This document shows, one piece after another, positions 1-8,899 of a DNA stretch of 64,000 nucleotides. Source of the stretch: Octopus sinensis (taxonomy: Eukaryota); contig NC_043001.1 in NCBI RefSeq assembly GCF_006345805.1, positions 64,976,001-65,040,000 on the forward strand, in the 5' to 3' direction. Below the pieces are notes generated by a model that had not been told where the DNA came from, did no database searches, and saw only the letters and a list, made by a program, of their open reading frames with translations. Position numbers and translations under genes: made by a program. Position 1 is the stretch's first letter. Each line of letters opens with the position of its first letter.

Positions 1-500
1 CCTTTGTCCCTTACAGTAGCCACCAATATATCTCTGACATTCATCTCTATCACTGTACATTTTTCTCCCTTGCCACCTCCCCCCACACATCATCCTACTA
101 TTTTCTGATCTATCTAGAGATCTATTATACTGCTGCTCCCTTTACTTCTTGAACTGTCACTTATCACTTCTTCCTTTTTGAGCTACTCTTATTTCTTTTA
201 CCCACCCTCATACTGATATTTATGACTGACCACACTCCTATCCTTGTTCCATTCATATATTCACATCTACATCCAATCTGTCAGTCTCCTCTCACACTCT
301 AATATATTTATTCACTTACCCTTCCCAATTCTTTATATTCTCTCTTATACTCTCTTCTTGTAATTGCACTCTGATACTGTACCACCACCTGTCTTTTTTC
401 CAGCTACTCCCAGCCACTCATATAGAATGCAGAGTAGCTTGTCTTTCTATCATATTTTAACTTCTCAACACCTGGCATAAAACCTACTTCCTTCTTCATT
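1..500. repeat. Old pyrimidine-rich interspersed repeat, related in opposite orientation to ~54480-55040
   Basis: Segments such as ccaccacctgtcttttttccagctact and cttctcaacacctggca match the reverse complement of tagctggaaataaaacagatggtgg and tgccaggtattgagaag near 54550-54660. Confidence 0.4.
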
Positions 501-539
501 ACAACACCATTCAGTCAAGGGTTCTTTTGCTTTACAATT

Positions 540-742
540 TACTTGGTGACCTCACCTGTGAAAACAGCACACAAGATACTCTGTGCAGTGATTGGTATTA
601 AGAAGTGTATCCATCCATAGAAACCATGCCAAAGCTGACTATGGAGCTTGACATTGTCCTCTTGCTTATTTGATCCTGTCGAATTGTCCAACACATGCCA
701 GCATGGCAGACAGATGTTAAATGACAATGATGATGATGATAT
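540..742 (+). mobile_element. Degraded RTE-LINE 3' tail ending in (ATG)n
   Basis: Diverged match to the tail of the younger copies (gtccaacacatgccagcatgg...gttaaatgacaatgatgatgat versus 40345-40407). Confidence 0.65.
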
Positions 743-744
743 AT

Positions 745-1150
745 GGAATCAAAATGAAGGTTAACAGTGAAAGTAGTTGTATAATGCTTGGTAGTGAGAA
801 ATGGACTCTAGGTGCAAAGGACATGCAAAAATTAGAAAAGAATAAAGCGTATATGTTCTTTTGGATGTGCAACATCAGTGCACATGTATGGTATAGTGCA
901 AATATGCTGAGGGAAAAATTAGACATAAGTGGAATCAGATGTAGCCTGCAAGATAGAAAATCTGATGGTTTGTTCATGTGATGTGTGTGGATGAACAAAG
1001 TTGCATAAAAAAGAGCCAATTGCTAAATGTGGATGGAACTTAAGGAAACTCAGAATGACATAGAAAGAAGTAGTGAAGGCTGATCTGAAGATGTTGAACT
1101 TCAAGGAGGAGAAGACAAAGGACAAAGGTGATTGATAATTCGCAGTCTCA
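745..1150 (+). pseudogene. 5'-truncated, decayed RTE ORF C-terminus
   Basis: ORF 721-981 peptide MLGSEKW...MFFWMCNISAH...LREKLDISGIRC aligns to MLHGSETW...MLRWMCNVSVH...LREKLDLRGIRC of the 2914-6027 ORF. Confidence 0.8.
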
Positions 1151-1580
1151 ACAAAGCTAATCTGTTACAGTGAAAGCAAGGTCCTAAAAGTATTATGCTT
1201 ATGCCTGTACATGCTTAACCCTGCATGAAATCTGTCCCAATCAAGTATTCTGCTGCATGTCATCTTCCTAATGTGCATCCCTCATCAGTCCCCAAACTAT
1301 AACATTACTCAGCTGCTGTAATCATTTGAGATCAGGATCAGCACGTATTTCATTTGCATTTTAACACAAACAGTTACCTCCTCCTGACTCTGGAACCACT
1401 TTTTAAACTCCATCCCTCATTCTCATTATCATCTATGTCTATATTACTTTCTACTGATTACACTCTTCTCTGTGCTTTTAGTAATCTCTCCTTCCTACAT
1501 TTTAGGTTAACAATACTTTGTCTTTAACACCTGTCCTATCTGCTTTCATTCTCAACACTTTGTCATATCCACCATCTTTG

Positions 1581-2017
1581 TTAAAAGTTAACATATTTAG
1601 AACACTGATTGAGTCAGTCCTTCTCTATGGATCAGAGACCTAAAACTTATTGGCTCTCTTACAAAAACAACTAGATGGAACATATACCAACCTTCTCAGA
1701 AAGATATAGAACATCAGTTGAAGATCACACCCAACACTTAGTAACATCTATGGAAATCTGATACCAATATCCCTATAGTTAAAGCAGAAATGGCTACAAT
1801 TTGCTGGCCACTGTCATTGAGCAGAGAAAGAGGTTATCTCATCCCTGCTCCTATGGCATCCCTCTGGAAGTGTTTTCTCCAGGAAACTGACATTTCCAGA
1901 TACTATATCTCGGGACTCAGGGCTGGCTATTAGAGACCTGAACACAGCAATGCAGGACCGTGTCATGTGGAAAGGGATTGTCAATAGAGTTCCAACCAAC
2001 CATTGGTTGGTTGAAGG
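1581..2017 (+). mobile_element. Decayed 3' end of a different RTE/RTE-X-like LINE
   Basis: Reads LKVNIFRTLIESVLLYGSET*..LDGTYTNLLRK..LQFAGHC..KEVISSLLLW..TFPDTISRDSGL..AMQDRV with stops and frameshifts; runs into (ATC)n at 2018. Confidence 0.6.
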
Positions 2018-2199
2018 ATCATCATCATCATCATCATCATCATCGTTTAGCGTCTGCTTTCCATGCTAGCATGGGTCGGACGGGTCAACTGGGGTCTGTG
2101 AAGCTGGAAGGCTTCGTCAGGCCCAGTCAGATCTGGCAGTGTTTCTACGGCTGGATGCCCTTCCTAACGCCAACCACTCCGCGAGTGTAGTGGGTGTTT

Positions 2200-2866
2200 T
2201 TTACGTGCCACCTGCACAGGTGCCAGACAGAGCTGGTGAACGGCCATGAACGGATGGTGCTTTTACGTGTCACCGGCACAGGGCCAGGCGATGCTAGCAA
2301 CGGACACGAACGGATGGTGCTTTTACGTGCCACCGACACGGGGCCAGACAGAGCTGGAAAACGGCCACGAACGGACGGTGCTTTTACGTGTCACCGGCAC
2401 GGGGGCCAGCCGAGGCTGGCAACGGACGCGAACGGATGGTGCTTTTACGTGCCACCGACACGGTTGCCAGACAGAGCTGGCAAACGGCCACGAGCGGACG
2501 GTGCTTTTACGTGTCACCAGCACGGGGGCCAGCCGAGGCTGGCAACGGACACGAACGGATGGTGCTTTTACGTGCCACTGACACGGGGCCAGACAGAGCT
2601 GGCAAACGGCCACGAACGGATGGTGCTTTTACGTGCCACCGACACGGGGCCAGACAAAGCTGGCAAACGGCCACGAACGGACGGTGCTTTTACGTGTCAC
2701 CGGCATGGGGCCAGGCGAGGCTGGCAACGAACACGAACAGATGGTGCTTTTACATGCCACCGACACGGGGCCAGGCAGAGCTGGCAAACGGCCACGAGCA
2801 AATGGTGCTTTTACGTATCACCGGCACGGGTGCCAGACGAGGCTGACAGCGGACACGAACGGATGG
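2200..2866. repeat. GC-rich minisatellite, ~11 units of 60-62 bp, two alternating unit types
   Basis: Anchor cgga(t/c)ggtgcttttacgtg recurs at 2251, 2311, 2372, 2433, 2495, 2556, 2617, 2678, 2738, 2799 and (partial) 2860. Confidence 0.95.
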
Positions 2867-2913
2867 GTCACTTAACCCCTGCTTTCTGATATATGATTTG
2901 ATTTTGATTGTTC

Positions 2914-5900
2914 TCACTGGTTTTGCCGGGTCTTCTCACGTACAGCATACTTCCATAGGTCTCGGTCTCTGGTCATTTCCTTGGTGAGACCTAGAGTTCG
3001 AAGGTCGTACTTCACCACCTCGACCCAGGTTTTCCTGGGTCTACCTCTTCCACAGGTCCCCTCAACTGCCAGGGTGTGGCACTTTTTCACACACCTATCT
3101 TCATCCATTCTCACCACATGACCATACCAGCGCAATTGTCTCTCTTGCACACAACATCTGATTCCTCTTAGGTCCAACTTTTCTCTCAAGGTACTTACAC
3201 TCTGTCGACTATGAACACTGACATTACACATCCAACGGAGCATACTAGCTTCATTTCTCGTGAGCTTACGCATGTCCTCAGCAGTCACGGCCCATGTTTC
3301 ACTGCCATGTAGCATGGCTGTTCGTACACATGCATCATACAGTCTGCCTTTTACTCTGAGCGAGAGGCCTTTAGTCACCAGCAGAGGTAAGAGCTCCCTA
3401 AACTTTGCCCAGGCTATTCTTACTCTAGCCGTTACACTTTCAGCACACCCACCCCCACTACTGACTTGGTCACCAAGATAACGGAAGCTATCAACTACTT
3501 CTAGTTTTTCCCCCTGGAAAGTGACGGAAGTTGTTTTCTGCAGATTTTCAGAGGTTAATGCTCCCGAGCATCTGCCACATACAAAAACCATCTTCCTAGT
3601 TAGCCTTCCTATGACATTGCTGCACCTCTTATGTGTCCATAGCTTACACTTGGTGCATCTTATAGAGTTTCTACCTACACCTTTTCTACAGATCGAGCAG
3701 GGCCATCTACCTGAAGGCGTTTGTGATTTGTCTGCCTTCCTACTTATTAGGACTTTGGTTTTAGCTAGGTTGACTCTAAGGCCCTTCGATTCTAAACCAT
3801 GCTTCCACACCTGAAACTTCTTCTCCAGTTCTGATAATGACTCAGCAATTAGAGCGAGGTCATCAGCATAGAGGAGCTCCCAGGGGCATCCTGTCTTGAA
3901 TTCCTCCGTTATTGCCTGGAGGACTATGATAAATAGGAGGGGGCTGAGGACTGAGCCTTGGTGAACCCCTACCTCTACCCGGAATTCTTCACTGTACTCA
4001 TTGCCAACCCTCACCTTACTAGCAGCGTCCCTGTACATGGCTTGCACAGCTCTCACTAACCATTCATCTATTCCTAGTTTCCTCATTGACCACCATATGA
4101 GGGATCGGGGGACCCTGTCGAAGGCTTTCTCCATGTCAACAAAAGCCAGGTACAGGGGCTTATCTTTGGCTAGGTATTTCTCCTGCAGCTGCCTTACCAG
4201 GAATATAGCATCAGTGGTACTTTTCCCTGGCACGAAACCAAACTGCATCTCATCTAAACTAACTCTCTCTCTAATTAGTTGGCTTATGACCCTCTCTGTA
4301 ACCTTCATCACCTGATCCAACAGCTTGATACCTCTGTAATTATTTGTATCTAGGGCATCACCTTTACCTTTGTAGCAGTTGACTATTATGCTGCTACACC
4401 AGTCATTGGGTATGACTCCTTCATGTATCACCTGATTAACTATACAGGTGACTAGGCTATAGCCGACACTACCAGATATTTTGAGCATCTCTGCAGTGAT
4501 GCCTGATGGGCCTGGGGCTTTCCCTGTCTTCATGCTTCTAATTGCCTTAGCTACTAAGGAACTATCAACCCTGATAGCTGGTCCCTCTGTTGGGTCAACG
4601 TTCGGCAGACTCTCCTTATCCCATTCATTTTCTTTATTCAGCAACCTTTCATAGTGGCGTCTCCAAGCCTCTCTCTTTGCATCCTCGTTTAGCGCAAGTG
4701 AACCATCTTCCATGCGAACACACTTCTCTCCCACCACATCACAATTCTCTCTCACACACTGTCTTGCAACGCGAAACACCTCCAGTCTTTGGTCCTCACG
4801 GCGCAGAACATTGGCAAATTTTTTCTTATCTGCTTCCCCTCTGGCTAGATAGACCTGTCTCCTAGCTTCCCTTTTAGCAGTCTGATACAATTCCCTGCTA
4901 CCACCATTCTTCCAGTGCTTCCAAGTCTGTCTCTTTTCTCTAATAGCCCTGTCTACGACACTGTTCCACCACCACGTTACCTTGGGATGAGAAGGGACTT
5001 TGCACCAGCCACAGATCTGGTCAGTGGCTCTCAGCAGGTTGTCCCTTAGAAACGTCCAGTTATCCTCTACCCCATGTGATACTCTATCCCCTTCTACTTC
5101 GTCAAAGGCTTCAAGTAACATGTCTCTAAATCTCTGTCCATTCACAGGATCCTTAAGCTTCCAGATCCTTTTTCTCCATGTTGGTCGTCTTCTGGTTGTC
5201 CTCCTACTCCTGATCCTAAAGTCACTAACTACCAGTCTATGTTGTGGGGTGCATTCTTCGCCTGGGAAGGTTTTGGCATTTATAAGTAGCCATCTCTCCC
5301 TTTGCCTGGCAAGGATGTAGTCAATTTGGCTGGTATGTTGGCCCGATCGGTAGGTGACTAGGTGGCTGGTAGGTTTCCTGAAGTTAGTGTTGCAAATCAT
5401 AAGATTATTTGCATCGCAGAACTCCAGCAGCCTGGTTCCCTCCTCGTTGTGGGAACCAGAGCCATAGCCTCCATGTACGCCATGGAAGCCCCCAGCATGT
5501 CGTCCAACGTGACCATTGAAGTCACCAGCCACAAAGAGAAGGTCTCTGTCGTTCGTCAACGAGGTAGTCTGCAGTAGAGTGTCATAGAATCGGTCTTTCT
5601 GTCCATCAGGTAGCCCCGACTGAGGAGCATAGGCTGATATAATGGTTGCTAAACTATGATGAAGCGCTAATCTAATCTTAAGTATTCTGTCGCATACTCT
5701 GATTACCTCAATTACTTTATCTACCCATTTCTCAGCGATAAGTATACCCACGCCTCCAACCCCGTCAGTGTTCCCTGCCCAGAAAATCTTGTACCTGTGT
5801 TCCTTGCCTGTGAGGAACCTAGCAGAACCTCCTCTCCACCCTACTTCTTGCATGCAACATATATCCACACGTCTCCGATCAAGCATCTCAACTATCTCGC

Positions 5901-6021
5901 CAGACCTACCTTTCAGCGTGCCAACGTTGAGGGTGTGGGAGGTATGGGCCCTAGAGACCCTGCGTCGGTGGACAGTAGCTTCATGTACCTGAAAAGAAAG
6001 CTCGCATTTGGCAGAATTCAT
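2914..6021 (-). CDS. RTE ORF: APE endonuclease + reverse transcriptase + PHD-like C4HC3 finger, ~1035 aa, no stops or frameshifts
   Basis: Motifs NVGTL, QEV, AYAPQ, GDFNGHVG, DYIL, QHRLV (APE); NYRGIKLL, FVDMEKAFDRV, GVHQGSVLSPLLF, YADDL (RT). The track starts at TTG 6027; the first ATG is 6021. Confidence 0.92.
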   Translation of the reverse strand: MNSAKCELSFQVHEATVHRRRVSRAHTSHTLNVGTLKGRSGEIVEMLDRRRVDICCMQEVGWRGGSARFLTGKEHRYKIFWAGNTDGVGGVGILIAEKWVDKVIEVIRVCDRILKIRLALHHSLATIISAYAPQSGLPDGQKDRFYDTLLQTTSLTNDRDLLFVAGDFNGHVGRHAGGFHGVHGGYGSGSHNEEGTRLLEFCDANNLMICNTNFRKPTSHLVTYRSGQHTSQIDYILARQRERWLLINAKTFPGEECTPQHRLVVSDFRIRSRRTTRRRPTWRKRIWKLKDPVNGQRFRDMLLEAFDEVEGDRVSHGVEDNWTFLRDNLLRATDQICGWCKVPSHPKVTWWWNSVVDRAIREKRQTWKHWKNGGSRELYQTAKREARRQVYLARGEADKKKFANVLRREDQRLEVFRVARQCVRENCDVVGEKCVRMEDGSLALNEDAKREAWRRHYERLLNKENEWDKESLPNVDPTEGPAIRVDSSLVAKAIRSMKTGKAPGPSGITAEMLKISGSVGYSLVTCIVNQVIHEGVIPNDWCSSIIVNCYKGKGDALDTNNYRGIKLLDQVMKVTERVISQLIRERVSLDEMQFGFVPGKSTTDAIFLVRQLQEKYLAKDKPLYLAFVDMEKAFDRVPRSLIWWSMRKLGIDEWLVRAVQAMYRDAASKVRVGNEYSEEFRVEVGVHQGSVLSPLLFIIVLQAITEEFKTGCPWELLYADDLALIAESLSELEKKFQVWKHGLESKGLRVNLAKTKVLISRKADKSQTPSGRWPCSICRKGVGRNSIRCTKCKLWTHKRCSNVIGRLTRKMVFVCGRCSGALTSENLQKTTSVTFQGEKLEVVDSFRYLGDQVSSGGGCAESVTARVRIAWAKFRELLPLLVTKGLSLRVKGRLYDACVRTAMLHGSETWAVTAEDMRKLTRNEASMLRWMCNVSVHSRQSVSTLREKLDLRGIRCCVQERQLRWYGHVVRMDEDRCVKKCHTLAVEGTCGRGRPRKTWVEVVKYDLRTLGLTKEMTRDRDLWKYAVREKTRQNQ

Positions 6022-6249
6022 GAGCAAGTAATACAGTAGCCTTCAATTCAACCTGCATAACACTACCCATTCATATTTTGCACTGTATGATCATTACCTT
6101 ACCTAGGTCGAAACTAGGGGTAGGGATGGTGAAAGAGCATTTGCAGTCTTCAAGGGAAGCAACCCAGGGATGAAAAGAATAGGAACTTCCGGCATGTGTG
6201 GAGGGGGTGGGTGGGCGGGTCAACCCCAAACTAGCAAGAGGATTCTGTT

Positions 6250-6495
6250 AATCGTGATAGCAAGAAAGTAGGTTTGAAAGTATCAGAGAAGTCAATTTTT
6301 AGGGGAGACGATGAGTGGCTATGAAACGGGAGCAAATAGGGAGACGAGACAAGACTAAACGAAAAACATTACATGAATGGTATGTTGAAAATATGAATAG
6401 AGGGTACTGAAAAATCGTGATAGCAAGAAAGTAGGTTTGAAAGTATCAGAGAAGTCAATTTTTAGGGGAGACGATGAGTGGCTATGAAACGGGAG
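6250..6495. repeat. Perfect 83-bp direct repeat (6250-6332 and 6413-6495)
   Basis: aatcgtgatagcaagaaagtagg...gctatgaaacgggag occurs twice, 163 bp apart. Confidence 0.95.
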
Positions 6496-6741
6496 AAAAA
6501 AAAAATATATAGCAGCAATTACATAGAGATATCAAATAGCCATAGCAACAAATTCACTTGATAATTCCTAGCTAATAACAGAAAGGAAATAAATCACATG
6601 AGTTTGAAGCTTCAGGACATTTTAATAAGTTGTCCAATATATGCTGAATGTTCTTTTTCAGTTGCATATTTTTTTGGATGCCCCATGTTGAATTGCAAAA
6701 TTCTAATGTGATATTTGTGTAATAACAAAATTTAACCTGGA

Positions 6742-6784
<43 letters not shown>

Positions 6785-7063
6785 GAGAGAGAGGAGGAGA
6801 GAGAAAATTGAAAACAAAGAATTAAACATGAAATGAAAAAATCGTTTAAATAAAAGCTTGTTAAAAAATATCTTGTACTGAATATTTAAATTTGTGAAAT
6901 TGAAATATTCAATAATAAAAAGGAGTTCAGAAAGTAAATTTTCCTGAAAACTTCAATTTATAAAAAATTTCACTTGCTTAGTAAATATATTATTCAGTAA
7001 TATATCATAGTTGTAATATATCTCTAATTTAAACAAACTTCAAGGTAACCTAACTACGTTTAA

Positions 7064-7164
7064 CATACTAGAAATAACAGCAATCATATAGTTATTATTG
7101 TAAGACTTATAGCATACTAGAAATAACAGCAATCATATAGTTATTATTGTAAGACTTATAGCAT
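7064..7164. repeat. 49-bp tandem duplication inside an old repeat fragment
   Basis: catactagaaataacagcaatcatatagttattattgtaagacttatag at 7064 and 7113. Confidence 0.9.
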
Positions 7165-7306
7165 TCCAAAACAGCCATACCACTTCTTAATTAAAAAAAA
7201 AAATTATACCAGTATATAAAAAAAATTTCATTTTGTCAAAAATATTCATTTAACAAACTCCAGAAACTGATATTATTCTTGAAATTGTGCTCATATCATA
7301 AGACTC

Positions 7307-7708
7307 AAAGTTGTGTTGTAAGTAGCTTGCTAACCAACCACATGGTTCCGGGTTCAGTCCCACTGCGTGGCACCTTGGGCAAGTGTCTTCTGTTATAGCC
7401 CCGGGCCGACCAATGCCTTGTGAGTGGATTTGGTAGACGGAAACTGAAAGAAGCCCGTTGTATATATGTATATATTTATGTGTGTGCATGTATGTCTGTG
7501 TGTCTGTGTTTGTCCCCCTAGCATTGCTTGACAACCGATGCTGGTGTGTTTACGTCCCCGTTACTTAGTGGTTCGGCAAAAGGGACCGATAGAATAAGTA
7601 CTGGGCTTACAAAAGAATAAGTCTCAGAGTCAAGTTGCTCGATTAAAGGTGGTGCATGGCCGCAGTCAAATGACTGAAACAAGTAAAAGAGTAAAAGAGT
7701 TAAAAGAG
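7307..7708 (+). mobile_element. tRNA-derived CORE-like SINE (family 1)
   Basis: B-box-like gggttcagtccc, CORE-like ccttgggcaagtgtctt, internal (TA/TG)n and (gtaaaaga)n tail; five copies in the window. Confidence 0.85.
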
Positions 7709-8128
7709 CTATTTAGTCTAATAGCATTCATTCATTCAATAAATAATTTTTTTTACATTATGTATATAGAATAAACTGTGGGTTTTGCAAATAGCAAATT
7801 AAAACTTGAAATGAAAACATTGAAATGAATATATATTAAATTATCATTTATGAAAATAGAGGTGAGAGAGAGTGGGAAATATTTGCCTGCAATTAATTAA
7901 TATTTATTAAACATTAAAATCTACTCTGCAGTGAAAGCAATGGATATTTAAATTTGTGAAAAACTTGTAGTTCAAATATTCAATAAACTTTAGAAATCAA
8001 AATTACAGGAAATTTCTTAGAATATGAATTTATAAAAATATTTCCAGATGGTTAAGCCTTTAATAATTGCTTTCTTTTAGTAACTGTTACATACCTAATT
8101 AATAAGCAGCTTTCTCCATTATAATATA

Positions 8129-8670
8129 CAAGGGTGAGTCAAAAAGTAATGCCATTTTGCTCAGGGCAGGTATAATTAGCAACACAGGAACATGTATCAT
8201 ACATCAAAATGAAGCTGGTCCTGTGTGGACCACATCCCTACTTCTCAACAGTCCCCGTTTCTCTCAATAGCAATGTGCCACCTTCAAATGAGAGCATGTA
8301 TCTCTGCCCCATAAAATTCTGTTGACTGTTCTTTGAGCCACTTCTTCACTACAGTTTTCACTTCCTCGTCCCTGGAATAATGTTTACTTCTCAAACTCTC
8401 TTTTGTGGAAGAGATGATAGTCCAGTGATGAGGAAGTGAAAACTGTAGTGAAGAAATGGCTCAAAGAACAGTCAACAGAATTTTATGGAGCAACGATACA
8501 TGCTCTCATTTGAAAGTGGAACATTGCTACTGAGAGAAAAAGTGACTATGTTGAGAAGTAGGGATGTGATCCAGAGAGAACCAGCTTCATTTTGATGTAT
8601 GATACATGTTCCTGTGTTACTAATTAAACCTGTCCTAAACAAAATGGCATTACTTTTTGACTCACCCCCG
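8129..8670. mobile_element. Mariner-derived foldback MITE; both ~242-bp arms are the transposase 3' end plus TIR
   Basis: TA|caagggtgagtcaaaaagtaatgcc ... ggcattactttttgactcacccccg|TA. The right arm reads DEEVKTVVKKWLKEQSTEF..DYVEK, a mariner C-terminus. Confidence 0.9.
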
Positions 8671-8899
8671 TAGATAGATAGATATAATACTTTTTTTAGG
8701 CTCAGGAAAAACAATTGCTTCTTATCAATCACAGGAGAAAGAAGCAGCAGGTTATACTGCAAGTACAAAGTAAAAGGAATGTTTGGCTCTATGGATATTC
8801 AGTGTGATATGATATCCTCACCCATCCTTTTCCCTACTAGAAGGTACAACATGTATTGTGTAGCTTTACCTAAACCTCATCACTGATCTGAGCAGATGT

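Larger units (their letters stand above)
2018..6495 (-). mobile_element. Apparently full-length RTE-clade LINE (5' UTR, single ORF, 3' UTR with VNTR, (GAT)9 tail)
   Basis: One APE+RT ORF; 3' UTR shared with other RTE copies in the window; (ATC)9 at 2018-2044 on +. The 5' boundary is approximate (A-run at 6496). Confidence 0.9.

Noticed and set aside
2200-2866. CRISPR-like or retron-like array next to an RT gene
   Set aside because: The variable parts are two recurring types, not unique spacers. There are no cas genes, the context is eukaryotic, and the unit recurs in other RTE 3' UTRs. The overlapping ORFs (2194-2889 etc.) are repeat read-throughs.
3260-6039. Numerous + strand ORFs over the RTE and similar antisense ORFs over Tx1, Merlin and the giant exon
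   Set aside because: Shadows of real coding frames with no recognisable motifs.
6820-8040. Diverged similarity between ~6820-6970 and ~7795-8040
   Set aside because: Very AT-rich and short; cannot be distinguished by eye from chance or an ancient repeat.
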